Notes: generated by a model from the sequence alone, not told the origin. A stretch of DNA of 64,000 nucleotides from a virus (IMGVR_UViG_3300032282_005553:72890-136889); one strand, 5' to 3'; counted from the stretch's first letter, positions 1-11,330 are shown. Numbers and translations are program-made.

Positions 1-2
1 CA

Positions 3-1121
3 CTTAATAAAAAATATCCTGTTTTTAAAGACACGGATCCGATAGAAATATTAAAAACTCAAACAAATGCTCAAAAAGACGAAAGAGAAAAACTAGAAGA
101 AATTATTGATGGTCTTAAGAACTATGCTGCTGATGCTTATGTCAGCGATATTATTAATAGTCCTGAATTCCAATCTGGTGCTGGTATTTTATCTAGCGAC
201 GCATTTGCGGGCGTCACAGTTTCTAATTTTAGCGGAGGCAATTTTTCAGATCATGTTGTTACCACAAAACCAATAGTAAAAGCTGCTCAATTTAATAAAG
301 GTGGTGTGGTTTACGCTGATGATGGTATGCTCATACCTTATCAGCCAAAGGGAACAGACACCGTCCCCGCAATGCTAACTCCAGGCGAGTTTGTAATAAA
401 TAGAGCTGCTACACAACGTAATTTACCACTACTTAAAGCTATAAATAGTAACACATACGCTAATGGCGGAGTAGTATATGCTACTAAAGGACTAAATCCT
501 CGTCAACAAGAATATTATGATGCTAGACAAGCAAGAAAAGAAGAATACGAAAGAATGCAAGCAGAAAGACGAAGAGCATACGAGAACAAAAATAACGTAA
601 ATAGATTTAGAGATTCTCAAGGAAATCTTTTGAATCAGCAAACACGAAGAAATGTATTAATGGGCAGCAATCAGCAACAAAATATTGGTCAATCACGAAA
701 TAATACAAATAATGTTGATCAGAACATGGGCCAATTTAGTAATAATTTACAAACTATTAATCAACTACTACAAACTTTTGGTAACAGCATCAACACATTT
801 AATACTGTTATATCGCAGATAAATAGACAAATTACCGGTTCGGCTGAGCCAAGGGGTGTATCTAATAATAAAGGCACAGCGCCAAATCTGGACGGCATGG
901 GCGGATTTGTTGCTAAATTTGATGAATTTATTAACCAACTAAAGGGTCTAAACTTGCCACCAGTAATTAATTTACAAGTTGCGCCAATTACATTGAATAT
1001 AACCGGAGGAGAAGCACTTGCAAAAGCACTAGAAGGACCAATGAGTAATCAAATCAAGTCAGAAATAGCGGCAGCATTCCAAAGACTAAACGACGCTACA
1101 GAAGGCGCCATTCAAGTTTAA
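3..1121 (+). CDS. C-terminal part of tail tape-measure-like protein (5' end outside window)
   Basis: Frame is open from base 3, upstream of the called start at 306. Contains 'GTDTVPAMLTPGEFVINRAAT' and two 'GGVVYA' motifs typical of tape-measure C-termini; tail genes follow. Confidence 0.7.
   Translation, partial: LNKKYPVFKDTDPIEILKTQTNAQKDEREKLEEIIDGLKNYAADAYVSDIINSPEFQSGAGILSSDAFAGVTVSNFSGGNFSDHVVTTKPIVKAAQFNKGGVVYADDGMLIPYQPKGTDTVPAMLTPGEFVINRAATQRNLPLLKAINSNTYANGGVVYATKGLNPRQQEYYDARQARKEEYERMQAERRRAYENKNNVNRFRDSQGNLLNQQTRRNVLMGSNQQQNIGQSRNNTNNVDQNMGQFSNNLQTINQLLQTFGNSINTFNTVISQINRQITGSAEPRGVSNNKGTAPNLDGMGGFVAKFDEFINQLKGLNLPPVINLQVAPITLNITGGEALAKALEGPMSNQIKSEIAAAFQRLNDATEGAIQV
855..870 (+). 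promoter_or_regulatory. Candidate phage late promoter motif GGTGTATCTAATAATA
   Basis: Identical 16-mer occurs on the - strand at 63263-63278; both copies point in the direction of local transcription. Confidence 0.5.
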
Positions 1122-1135
1122 AAAGGTTATAAATT

Positions 1136-4100
1136 ATGTCTCAAAATATTATCGATGACTCATTAATACTAGCCACAGGTACCGTATTTGACCACTTAAT
1201 TTCCGTTAGTGGTGGAATAACTACTGTATTGAATAATAACAATAGAGATATTGATTTTCAAATAAAAAGCACAGGAACTAGCTCTTCATTATACTATGAT
1301 GCTTCAACAGGTCGTTTAGGAGTTGGAATTACTGGCGCCCCAGACGCTATGCTTCATGTTAGAGCCCCATGTGCTCAAGATGGTTTAATTTTAGAAAGTA
1401 TTACCAATTGTCCAACGGGCGTTCAATTATTATTATTGCATAATAAAGGTATTTCTCCAACTGGTGGTGATTATCCTGCTGTTATTAATTTAGCAGGAAG
1501 GAATACCGGCGCAACTGTAACAAAGTATGCTCAAATTAAATCAAAAATTTTAGATTCAGAATCTTTAAAAACTAGCGGAGAACTTATATTCTCTGTTGAT
1601 GATAAAGGCTCTCTTGAAGAAGTATTTGCTGTTAATTTATCAAAATTAGTTTTGGGAGGACTAAATAATAATCCTTCTGGGTCAGCAAACTATACTGTTA
1701 TAGGTCAATCTAATTATAGTAGTGGAATATCTTATCTATTAATAGGCAATAATAATTCTGGATTACGATTAGATGATTCATTTTTGTTAGGTGACAATAA
1801 TATTTATCGTGGCCCACAAATTTTTTCTTTATCTAATGACAGTAGTATAACTGGCACAAGATTATTTGTTGCCGGACTAGATAATACTGTTGTTGGAAAT
1901 AGTGGTTTCATTTGCGGAATAGATGGTCAAGTTAATGGATCATACAATTTAGTATTATTGGATAATAGCTCTATTAATTCTAATGGAATGGTTGGTATAG
2001 TAAGAAATGGTGCAGTACTCGGCAACTCTGGTATAATATTAGGATCTGATACTATTAGTAGTGGTAATCTCAATATTAATTTTGGTAATAATAATGTTTT
2101 GTATGGTAGTAGAGTAACTGCTATCGGTTCAAATATATCGTCTGAAGGTAGTCTTAATACTATATTTGGCAATTTAGTTTTAGTGAGCGGAAACAGCATT
2201 ATTTCTATAGGGTCTAGTCAAAGCATCAATGGAATAACAAATGGTATATTGATTGGAAATAATATTGATTTGTCTAATACGTCTAATCTTTTATATTTAG
2301 GTTTTAATAATCATACAGATGAAAGTTTGAACAATAGTATTGTTCTTGGTGGAAACAATATCTTAGATGCTGGAGCACTATCAGATATAATCTTAGTTGG
2401 ACAAAATAATAAAACACAAGATATGGTAAATTCTGTACTTGTTGGAAACAATAATTTAGCTAGTGGTGATTTAAAAAATAATATTATTTTAGGTAGTGGA
2501 AATGCACTAAGAAATAATAGTTATAATAATATATGCCTAGGATTATTAACTAATCAAACGGGAGTTTATGTAGATTCAGACGGAGGCATTGATGGAACCC
2601 CCAGATCAATATCTAGTAATAATATAAATTCTGTAATCGTTGGAGTACATAATCAATCATATCTAAATTTATCTAATGCTATAATTGGAAATAAAAATAT
2701 TACATCTGGTTTGTATATTAATAATTTGGGATCATTTAATGACATAAGAAATACAAGTAAGGCGTATGTTCTCGGTAATTCAAATTCTGTTGAAGGAAAT
2801 AATCTTTGTGTAATTGGATCAAATTCTTTAGTGATAGGAAATGATTCTATTGTTATTAGTAACAAAAATAATTCTAATATTTATGGTAGTGGAATTATAT
2901 CTATTGGAAATAACCCTTATGTAAGTAGTGGAAATGTTATAGTTGGATATGATAATACTGCTGGTATATCAGGATTGATTTATGGAATAAACAATACTCA
3001 GGGTGTTGGTGGAGATTTCTTTACATTTACTAGCGGGTCTAATACAATAACGCTTTATACAACATCGGCCCCTTACCAACTCAATGATCGCCTTTTATTA
3101 CATATCAAAAATCCTATTTCTAAAAATGGAATATTAGTATCTACTGTAACTGCTGATCCTACCATAAATAGAAATAACGGAACAACTACCATAACATTAA
3201 GTGATATTCCAGAATGGTCTAATAGATATTTATCAGTAAATAATAGTTTTGATGAAAATAATACCCCGTCAACGATTGGCAGTGGTATTATCATGCTATA
3301 TTCTAGGGGTACAAATCAGATATATTATGGCTCTAATAATATGATTCTTGGCAATAATAATAGTGTTGCTCTGAATAATAGTATTGTTGTCGGTAATAAC
3401 AGCACCTCTTCCGGTATTAATAATGTTATTATTGGTAATAATATTACTGGTTTAACAAATAATACATTGAGCATTGGTACATCAAATTCTAATAAGGTAG
3501 TTATATCTGATTCTAGTGTAATTTTTAACACAGGAACAGCTCAGCAATCAATCGTTGTTAGAGCTACAGATGGTACAATAACTCAATATAGTGACTTATC
3601 CAATAAAAGATTAGGCATTAATACATCATCTCCAAGATCAGATCTTGATGTTAGTGGAGTAATAACATCACAACAATTAAGAATGGGACTATCTGCCGGA
3701 AGTGGGTATGTATTAACTTCAGATATTGATGGATTTGGTTCATGGACATTGCCGGTTAGGATATCTGGAGCATCAAGTGGATTACTATTCAATTATCCAA
3801 ATTCTAACAATAAGTTAGCTATTAGCAGCACAGATATTTCATTGAATATTCAAAAAGATTTCGGTAATGCTGATACGCACTCTGTAGATTTTTATGGTAA
3901 TTTTGCTATACATAAAACTGGTATTATTCTTAACACAAATAAAGGAAGCTCCATAACTGCTGCTAAATTTATTGTTTGGGGATCTGGTGGACCAGAATGG
4001 TCTGCTCCAACTATTGAAATAGATCCAAACAATAATAATTTGGTTAAAATGTATAATTTATCTTCTGTTAGTGGCAAATTAAATCAATTGAATGTTGATA

Positions 4101-5479
4101 CATATGTTATGTTTCCATCATCAACAACGGGTACAATTCTTTCTATTAGTGGAGACAATAGAACATTAATTGGAAAAACTTTTGACCCTCATTCAATACT
4201 ATACTCTGATATAAACAGTAGGGCTACTGGAACTAAAAACTTTAGATGGTTTGATGATGATAGAGTATTAGCCTTGGGTGGATCAGGTATTATAAATGAT
4301 AATTTAAATCCAGCAAGATATGGCATAGTTCTTAGTACAAACAATACGCAAAGTACCATATTTAATAATTTTGGATTAGGAACAGATTTCTCTATTATCA
4401 AATCAGGTGAAAATGCAGTTAATGCTGGTAGTGGTTTCCACATGTTGTCAAAAAACGGCAAAGTTGGAATTAATACAACAATAAATAAATTAAATGATAT
4501 ATATGAGATCCCTGGCGCTTCGTTGTGTGTAGGTGGTAAAACAGTAACGGATACACTTAGAGTTACTGCATTTAGTCAAGTAGGAGACTATTTGAGAGTA
4601 TCTAGTAATGGCGAAGTAGTTGCTAGTGGCGCTACTTTCGACTCAACATTTGTTGGAACACATCCGATAGATGTTGTTTCGTATGCTGGAAATTCTGATA
4701 TTGAATTTAGTTTATCAAAAACAGACAACGACGGCGTTGCAGAACTTGATTCCTCCGATATAGGTCGCACAGTTGCCTTTAATGGTGTGGATTGGGCGAT
4801 AGCTAGTGGATTAAATATATATGATGTAAGTAATAAAAGAGGTATGTTAGTAGGTTATGATGGATCATTATTTAATTCAGCTGGATTAACAACTAATACA
4901 ATAGGCGCTCAATCGCATTATGTCAATGTTTTTGCTGGTGGTGGATTTAATTCTTTGGGAGCATACTCTTCTAGTAATAATGCTAACACCACTAGAGGAA
5001 CATCTCAGTTTGCTCAATATTTCTTGAGAACGAGAACTAGTGGAAATGTCGTAAGGCCATTATTAATGAATTTTAATACTCTCTCTGACGGCACTATTTC
5101 GAAAACAGTTAATAATACTATAGTTTTTCCTGATAATGCCTATGGAGTATGGACATATACAGCATATATAAATGTTATGTGGAGTGGTAACGCCACAATG
5201 GGTGGCGCTGGATATGTAATCAATGGTTCAGTTGGTAAATTTTCTTTGAATACTAATAACCTTGTTGATCTTGGATATACTGTAGATAGTTGGACATCCA
5301 ACTCACAAGTTACACATAATATAAAACCGGAAGTTAAGCAGGATATAGGTGGTAGTAAGCAGACATTGGAATTTACTGCTTCAGGTAATCCAATGTATAT
5401 CATGTTATGGTCAGCAACAGTCAATATTAATCAAACACATTGGCCAATTGGTTCAGCATTTACTTCTACAATATTATGA
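1136..5479 (+). CDS. Long tail fibre/adhesin-like protein with YadA-head-like G-x-x-N repeats
   Basis: 1447 aa, N/S/G/I rich. Long run of 'IxIGxxN' repeats and three copies of the phage fibre motif (GRLGVG...LHV, RLGINTSSPRSDLDVSG, GKVGINT). Follows the tape-measure gene. Confidence 0.65.
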   Translation: MSQNIIDDSLILATGTVFDHLISVSGGITTVLNNNNRDIDFQIKSTGTSSSLYYDASTGRLGVGITGAPDAMLHVRAPCAQDGLILESITNCPTGVQLLLLHNKGISPTGGDYPAVINLAGRNTGATVTKYAQIKSKILDSESLKTSGELIFSVDDKGSLEEVFAVNLSKLVLGGLNNNPSGSANYTVIGQSNYSSGISYLLIGNNNSGLRLDDSFLLGDNNIYRGPQIFSLSNDSSITGTRLFVAGLDNTVVGNSGFICGIDGQVNGSYNLVLLDNSSINSNGMVGIVRNGAVLGNSGIILGSDTISSGNLNINFGNNNVLYGSRVTAIGSNISSEGSLNTIFGNLVLVSGNSIISIGSSQSINGITNGILIGNNIDLSNTSNLLYLGFNNHTDESLNNSIVLGGNNILDAGALSDIILVGQNNKTQDMVNSVLVGNNNLASGDLKNNIILGSGNALRNNSYNNICLGLLTNQTGVYVDSDGGIDGTPRSISSNNINSVIVGVHNQSYLNLSNAIIGNKNITSGLYINNLGSFNDIRNTSKAYVLGNSNSVEGNNLCVIGSNSLVIGNDSIVISNKNNSNIYGSGIISIGNNPYVSSGNVIVGYDNTAGISGLIYGINNTQGVGGDFFTFTSGSNTITLYTTSAPYQLNDRLLLHIKNPISKNGILVSTVTADPTINRNNGTTTITLSDIPEWSNRYLSVNNSFDENNTPSTIGSGIIMLYSRGTNQIYYGSNNMILGNNNSVALNNSIVVGNNSTSSGINNVIIGNNITGLTNNTLSIGTSNSNKVVISDSSVIFNTGTAQQSIVVRATDGTITQYSDLSNKRLGINTSSPRSDLDVSGVITSQQLRMGLSAGSGYVLTSDIDGFGSWTLPVRISGASSGLLFNYPNSNNKLAISSTDISLNIQKDFGNADTHSVDFYGNFAIHKTGIILNTNKGSSITAAKFIVWGSGGPEWSAPTIEIDPNNNNLVKMYNLSSVSGKLNQLNVDTYVMFPSSTTGTILSISGDNRTLIGKTFDPHSILYSDINSRATGTKNFRWFDDDRVLALGGSGIINDNLNPARYGIVLSTNNTQSTIFNNFGLGTDFSIIKSGENAVNAGSGFHMLSKNGKVGINTTINKLNDIYEIPGASLCVGGKTVTDTLRVTAFSQVGDYLRVSSNGEVVASGATFDSTFVGTHPIDVVSYAGNSDIEFSLSKTDNDGVAELDSSDIGRTVAFNGVDWAIASGLNIYDVSNKRGMLVGYDGSLFNSAGLTTNTIGAQSHYVNVFAGGGFNSLGAYSSSNNANTTRGTSQFAQYFLRTRTSGNVVRPLLMNFNTLSDGTISKTVNNTIVFPDNAYGVWTYTAYINVMWSGNATMGGAGYVINGSVGKFSLNTNNLVDLGYTVDSWTSNSQVTHNIKPEVKQDIGGSKQTLEFTASGNPMYIMLWSATVNINQTHWPIGSAFTSTIL

Positions 5480-5529
5480 CATAAAAAAGGATAGATTATT
5501 TAATTTTATCAAAGGAAAAAGGATAATAT

Positions 5530-7149
5530 ATGGCAACTGGCGTCTTTATGACATATGGATCATTCAAATTTAGTCCATCAGACGGATATCCTATACCGCA
5601 AGTGTCTCTTTCTAAAGAATTTGACAGAGATCAAGCTGGAAGAATTATTGGTGGACGAACTATTGTATCGCTAGAAGGAGTAATATATAATAATATTCAT
5701 GATCTAGATTTTCAAGGTTTTTTAACAAGAGAAAAAGACTTAAGAGAGGCATTTAGTAAAGACACATTTATAAAATTTGGTTGCGGTACGAATGAAAATA
5801 CTCCAAGCTATAGTGGTAATGCTAAAGTTAATAGATTATCAATTGATAAAACAGAAAATCGTTGGGTATCAACAATAGGATATAATGCAGACCTAATAGT
5901 AGAAGATGTCCCAACAATTTCTCAAGAATGTACATCAACCGGAATATATAATATAACAAGTTGTCAAGATGAATGGAACATGGAAATTATAGATGAATAT
6001 AGCTATGTAAATTCTCCGGTTGGTGCAAATGTTCTCAGAGAAGCCCTTAATTTTCCATTAGGCTCAAAATATCCAATATATCGTATCAGTAGAACCATAG
6101 GAGCTGTTGGTAAATTCATTCCAACAGGAAACAATCTTGGAATTAGTGCGATAGCTGGCGCTAAAAAATGGGTAACATGCAGATTAAGTACAGCTCCAGA
6201 ATCGTCTCTTACAGGAATGCTTAGCGGGATAGTTCTGTATAATTTTGTAAGATCGGTTGCAGTAGATGACCCAGGCGGTTCTTATAGACTAACAGATAAT
6301 TGGATAGGAGTTCCAACGGGATACTCTACTTCTGGACTATATATTGAATCTTTTAATATTGATAGTTCATTAGATAGTAGTTATCTTAGAACAGTTACTA
6401 TAAATGGAACAATAAAAGGACTAGAGCCATTTGATAGTGGAAAAATTTATGATAAATCTATAATAGGTACTGGTCTAAAAGGAAGTATATCCCCAATGGC
6501 ACAACTAGTAAGGAGCGACAGTGCAACTAGTAGATTTGATCAAGCATTAAGTGGTTATAATAGTATAAAAAATAGTATGTTTATGAGAGTACAATCTTTT
6601 GTAGAAAAACAGAATAATCCTAGTGGAATATTTAGAAGATTCTTTGGAAGAGATGAAAATACAGTTAATCCTTTACCCCTAAGTGTAACAGAAGGATTTA
6701 ATCCAACCGAAGGTTCCGTAACCTATAGTTGGATCTATAATAATAGACCATTGAACTTAATTTCAGGATCTATTTCTGAAACACTAACAATTAATGATAG
6801 TTTTCCAACACAGGTTGTTGCTGAACTTTTCGTATTGGGCAGGAGATTGGGGCCGGTCATGCAAAGTTTAGGCACTTATACAACAGCATCTAGAGATGTT
6901 ACATTTGATGTTGTTATGCCAAGACCCACAGGATTGGCCGGTATCAAATTTCCTAAAACAGCATATATACAAATTACGGGACTAGTAGAAAGTATGAATC
7001 CGATGTTCTTATTAGGATCAAGTGTTTGCAAATCATTTGTTAAAAATAATACAGAGAATTGGAGTGTAACAGACGGTAGATTTACTAAACAGAAAACTTG
7101 GGTATGGCAGCATTGTTATCAAGATATAACACAAAATTCAAACATATAA
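5530..7149 (+). CDS. Putative tail/baseplate structural protein
   Basis: 539-aa beta-rich ORF inside the tail operon; no family recognised. Confidence 0.45.
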   Translation: MATGVFMTYGSFKFSPSDGYPIPQVSLSKEFDRDQAGRIIGGRTIVSLEGVIYNNIHDLDFQGFLTREKDLREAFSKDTFIKFGCGTNENTPSYSGNAKVNRLSIDKTENRWVSTIGYNADLIVEDVPTISQECTSTGIYNITSCQDEWNMEIIDEYSYVNSPVGANVLREALNFPLGSKYPIYRISRTIGAVGKFIPTGNNLGISAIAGAKKWVTCRLSTAPESSLTGMLSGIVLYNFVRSVAVDDPGGSYRLTDNWIGVPTGYSTSGLYIESFNIDSSLDSSYLRTVTINGTIKGLEPFDSGKIYDKSIIGTGLKGSISPMAQLVRSDSATSRFDQALSGYNSIKNSMFMRVQSFVEKQNNPSGIFRRFFGRDENTVNPLPLSVTEGFNPTEGSVTYSWIYNNRPLNLISGSISETLTINDSFPTQVVAELFVLGRRLGPVMQSLGTYTTASRDVTFDVVMPRPTGLAGIKFPKTAYIQITGLVESMNPMFLLGSSVCKSFVKNNTENWSVTDGRFTKQKTWVWQHCYQDITQNSNI

Positions 7150-7166
7150 ATTAATAGGAGTTTATT

Positions 7167-10100
7167 TTGAGTTATTGTAATTTGCCAGAAAGATTAATTG
7201 GACCATATAATCAAACACTATTTTTAGGATGTAGCGTATCCAATTTTACATGTAATCTTGCATGGGGCGCAGAACAAAGCACATTACAGGTTAATTTAGT
7301 AGAGGATAATTGTTATCATCCACAGTCTATCTTTTATGGCTCTATGGATTTACAATTGGATAGCATAACACAACAGCCAGAAAACGCAAATAGTACAGCA
7401 TTTACAAAAAATGGAGATGTTTTTAATACAAATGATCCTGCTAAAACCGTACATAAAACCATAGCTTTTAGTGAAAAAGATAAAGAGAATGCTAGAGATC
7501 AGGAAAATGCAACTCTATCCTATGATAATAAAGACTATGGTAAGGTTGTATATGATATAAATGGAAATAGGGGCTACTGGACAGAGCCAGATCCTTACTT
7601 TATCGGAGCCCCAGGCAATAAATTTAATAGTAACGGCTATGATATATTAGGTGTGCCAGTAAGATTCAAATTTAATGATTTTAGTTTCGGAGGAATAGTT
7701 TCTTCATGGAAACAAGCAGGATCTCAAGGAGGATTAAGAAGTTTCGATGTAGAAATTAAAAGTTTTGCGAGCTTATTAAATGGGGTTCAATTAATTATAG
7801 GAGGTTACGGTGGAGGAATTTGTGGTATTGTTCCGAATACCAGCAATAATCCAACAGGGAAAAATATAGCGATGCCCATGCCTTATGGTGTTGATTTTTA
7901 TGAAAATTCTCCACCAGTTTTTTCTTTTTTTGATTATACCGCAGATATTGCTCAAGGAAATATTCCTAATGTTATAAATATATATGGACATTTAACATAT
8001 CTTGGATATAAAAATAAAGTATATGGTGGAGCAGGATTGAACCAAGAAGGGATGAGATCGCAGGATATATACGACAGCTTAGAAGCTTTGTTGGGTCTTA
8101 ATAGTCATAATAATATCGATCATATTTCTCCATTCTCACCATACGGCGCTATTATATCGAGATCTATAAGAAATAATTCTACGTCTAGTGAAGTGGATCC
8201 TTTTTCAGAAACTTATAATAATCTTAATTTAACTCATATGGGAATATGTCCAAATTCTATAGCTATAGACGGACATCGTAGATCAAGATTGAAACTTGAT
8301 CTTTCAGAAGTACCAAGACCACCTAGATGGTTGAGAACACAAGGAGAAGTTATAAGTTTAATGCAGTTCATTTCTGATATTTGTGATGGATCTGGATTTG
8401 ATTTTTTTGTTGATTTTGTTCCACCTGATTCTCAGCAGATAGCTCATAATATATCTGGAATTATAAAAATTAGAACCGTATCCAGACGTCAACAACCTAA
8501 AAAAGATCAGATACAAGCCTTAATTAATTATCTAGTAACTAATAATGGAGTAACGTCTTATAATAAAGGAAAAGAATTTACAGATGTTAATACTAGATCA
8601 ATGTATATTGGAGGAAAACAAAAAAGATTACTACAATGTAGAACAGAAAGATTTGCTTTTACTCAAAATACTTTAATATGGGATCCATGGGTCGGACAGC
8701 TTGGAGTATTTATAGACTATAATCCAATAGGGGGTGGCACAAATGCTACTGCTGGAACAAGTGTTGCTTCGAGCATAGCTTACGGAACTAATCTTGTTAG
8801 ACAACCAAATTTATTATCTACCAGAAGGTACTCTTTTAAGAGCTCTGGTGGCGCTGCTGTGGCTAGCGATTCTTATGGGTTCAATGACTCACAGGTATTC
8901 GGACAGACTACAAATTTTTCAAGAGGAAACTATACTGATACGGCTACTCTTGGGGGAGGTCTAGGTTTTGAAAAATTTGAGTATATCTCAAAGGTATTGA
9001 CGGGCTCAGAAGCAGCAGCTTCTACACGAAATTTACCAATTTATACCGACGCTATCTGCCCATATTTTGGAGTAGGGTCAAATGGATTAGTGAGACCGGT
9101 TTATTTTGATAAGAATATGGGACAAATGCAAATTATCTTTCAAATGTCCGATTTAGATGGACTAATATCTTATCCTCTTTCTAGTATACAGGGACCATAT
9201 CCAGACAAACTTAGTATATTTGCAGCGCCAGTTTTCTTGGTATTGGAAAACGAAATAAGAGCAGCTGGCGGAGGATTTATGCAATGGATCACATACTGTT
9301 TCAGTAACATTTTTTCAACGGATATTTCTGAGATACTATATAAGGCTTTTAAAAATCATTTAGGTTTGGGAGGAAAACCAGCTAAAAATTTATGGCTTGC
9401 TGGTATGGATGGGATATTAAAATCTATGGGCAGACAAACTATAGGAATAGATAATAGAGTATTAGATTCTATCAACCTGTCGTCTGTGGCTCCATATTTT
9501 AGAGAATTACATGCTGACTTAGAGAAAGTTCATGGTTTTTTTCAGGGTATTGCTAGCGAATATTATGGTAAAAAATATATGATACGAATGCCTGAATTAG
9601 CATGGTATCAAGATATTTCAGTAGCGACAGATAATAATAATAATGCTATTGTACTAGGTAATGATGAGAGTGGTAATCCGATTTATGCATTAGAAGGGAC
9701 AAATACTGTTTTTACCAATTATTCTGTCTCATCGGATGGTGCTTGGGAAGAGCCCGGAAATATGATAGATGATACAATAGCAGTAGGAGGAATAAAAGCT
9801 TCATTTTTTACAGATGAAACCGGAAAAATTGGACCAATCGTCGGATATAATGCTTCTATGGAAAAAGATACTGGAAGACTATGGGCTAGACAACAATTTT
9901 TAAGTCAAGCTATAAGATATAGACCATATGCGGGTGCTCCATATACCGTGTTTGACTGGAGCCATGTAATGAAATTAAACTACGAAGACCCATTGCTTCA
10001 AGATAATACTCATTGGTATATCCCGCTTAGCTATCAGATAGAAGAATCTATGATTTTGCCATATAATCATCCAGAAGTTAATGTGCCCATGGCTCATAAT

Positions 10101-11330
10101 ATGGGTATGTATAGACAACCAGTGCCTTTTGATAAAAGATATAAAATGTATGCAAAAGGAACAACAGAGAGCGATCTTGTATTTCTAGCACCTAATTCTG
10201 CACAACCCAGAGCTATAGTTAGTGTCCCATCTCCGGTTTTGGTGGGAGTCGGCAGAAACGGGACAGATGATGAATTAAATGCGGTGATGGTACAAGATGC
10301 TCTGGCAAGATTAAGATTTGGAGCTAGTGTGCCACTAGTAGTGCAGGGACTACTTACGCTTGGATCAACTCTTGGTGGAACAGGATTTGCTGCGGGATCT
10401 ACTACAATTTGGGGAGGATTGGGATTGAATCCTGCTTATGAAGATGCTGCTCAAAGAAGTATGATACTGGTTGTTGTTCCGGTTGGAGAAAATACCAGAG
10501 ATCCACAAAAAGGATTCAGTCCAAAATACGGATATACAAGCTACTTTTTGGGAAAAGAGGCTGGAGTAGGAGGATTTGGGGGTGTATCTTTATTGGACTA
10601 TATGATTCGAGATTTAGAATTTACTCATATGATGAGTTTTGGATACGAAAATGAAATTAAAAATTCTAATTATAGAGCACCTGTAAAATTTGACGCACAA
10701 AGAAATAGGATGGGTGTTTCAAGCGAAGATGCTTATGAGCCGAATACTATTTTACCAAGAGCAGCATTTCCATTATTCTGTGCAATTCCACTCGAAATGA
10801 ATGATGCTGTTTATGGTCCATGGATTAATCATCCAGGATTAATTAAAGACAATATTTTTCCAGATAGCAATAATTCATTATTAGATGTAGAAAATCTTGT
10901 AGGAGGAGTAAAAGTAATCGTTGATCCATCCTTGACCCCATGGAATTATGGAGGAATGGGTCCGCTTGATGATGCTGTGATGAGTAAAATTGCAGACGAT
11001 GTAAATTATCAACAGGTTCTAGAGAATGGTAGTGTACAAATACCTGGTTTTGCAAACTTTAATTTGGGTGATGCTATACAATTTTATGGTAGTCAATTTA
11101 ATGGTCCGGTATTAACTAGTATTAATGTTCAGATAGGTGAGAATGGGGTATCTTCTACATATAATTTTAGAACATATATTCGTAAAATTGGATTTTTTAA
11201 CAAAGAAAATGCCGATAGAGTTAAAGCACTCAATCAGGAATCGCTCAAGAGAAACAGAGAAATTAATAATAAATTATTAAAATTGGCATCTAGGATGGGG
11301 ATCTCTCCCGGATCATTTAGGATTATATAA
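7167..11330 (+). CDS. Putative tail hub/tip protein
   Basis: 1387 aa, TTG start after an AGGAG SD. C-terminal 'LTSINVQIGENGVSSTYNF' resembles hub-type C-termini; position in tail module. Confidence 0.45.
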   Translation: MSYCNLPERLIGPYNQTLFLGCSVSNFTCNLAWGAEQSTLQVNLVEDNCYHPQSIFYGSMDLQLDSITQQPENANSTAFTKNGDVFNTNDPAKTVHKTIAFSEKDKENARDQENATLSYDNKDYGKVVYDINGNRGYWTEPDPYFIGAPGNKFNSNGYDILGVPVRFKFNDFSFGGIVSSWKQAGSQGGLRSFDVEIKSFASLLNGVQLIIGGYGGGICGIVPNTSNNPTGKNIAMPMPYGVDFYENSPPVFSFFDYTADIAQGNIPNVINIYGHLTYLGYKNKVYGGAGLNQEGMRSQDIYDSLEALLGLNSHNNIDHISPFSPYGAIISRSIRNNSTSSEVDPFSETYNNLNLTHMGICPNSIAIDGHRRSRLKLDLSEVPRPPRWLRTQGEVISLMQFISDICDGSGFDFFVDFVPPDSQQIAHNISGIIKIRTVSRRQQPKKDQIQALINYLVTNNGVTSYNKGKEFTDVNTRSMYIGGKQKRLLQCRTERFAFTQNTLIWDPWVGQLGVFIDYNPIGGGTNATAGTSVASSIAYGTNLVRQPNLLSTRRYSFKSSGGAAVASDSYGFNDSQVFGQTTNFSRGNYTDTATLGGGLGFEKFEYISKVLTGSEAAASTRNLPIYTDAICPYFGVGSNGLVRPVYFDKNMGQMQIIFQMSDLDGLISYPLSSIQGPYPDKLSIFAAPVFLVLENEIRAAGGGFMQWITYCFSNIFSTDISEILYKAFKNHLGLGGKPAKNLWLAGMDGILKSMGRQTIGIDNRVLDSINLSSVAPYFRELHADLEKVHGFFQGIASEYYGKKYMIRMPELAWYQDISVATDNNNNAIVLGNDESGNPIYALEGTNTVFTNYSVSSDGAWEEPGNMIDDTIAVGGIKASFFTDETGKIGPIVGYNASMEKDTGRLWARQQFLSQAIRYRPYAGAPYTVFDWSHVMKLNYEDPLLQDNTHWYIPLSYQIEESMILPYNHPEVNVPMAHNMGMYRQPVPFDKRYKMYAKGTTESDLVFLAPNSAQPRAIVSVPSPVLVGVGRNGTDDELNAVMVQDALARLRFGASVPLVVQGLLTLGSTLGGTGFAAGSTTIWGGLGLNPAYEDAAQRSMILVVVPVGENTRDPQKGFSPKYGYTSYFLGKEAGVGGFGGVSLLDYMIRDLEFTHMMSFGYENEIKNSNYRAPVKFDAQRNRMGVSSEDAYEPNTILPRAAFPLFCAIPLEMNDAVYGPWINHPGLIKDNIFPDSNNSLLDVENLVGGVKVIVDPSLTPWNYGGMGPLDDAVMSKIADDVNYQQVLENGSVQIPGFANFNLGDAIQFYGSQFNGPVLTSINVQIGENGVSSTYNFRTYIRKIGFFNKENADRVKALNQESLKRNREINNKLLKLASRMGISPGSFRII

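Noticed and set aside
1927-5424. Many antisense ORFs opposite the fibre gene (and similar shadows elsewhere)
   Set aside because: Shadows of biased codon usage in Asn/Ser/Gly-rich genes; no SD or recognisable motifs.
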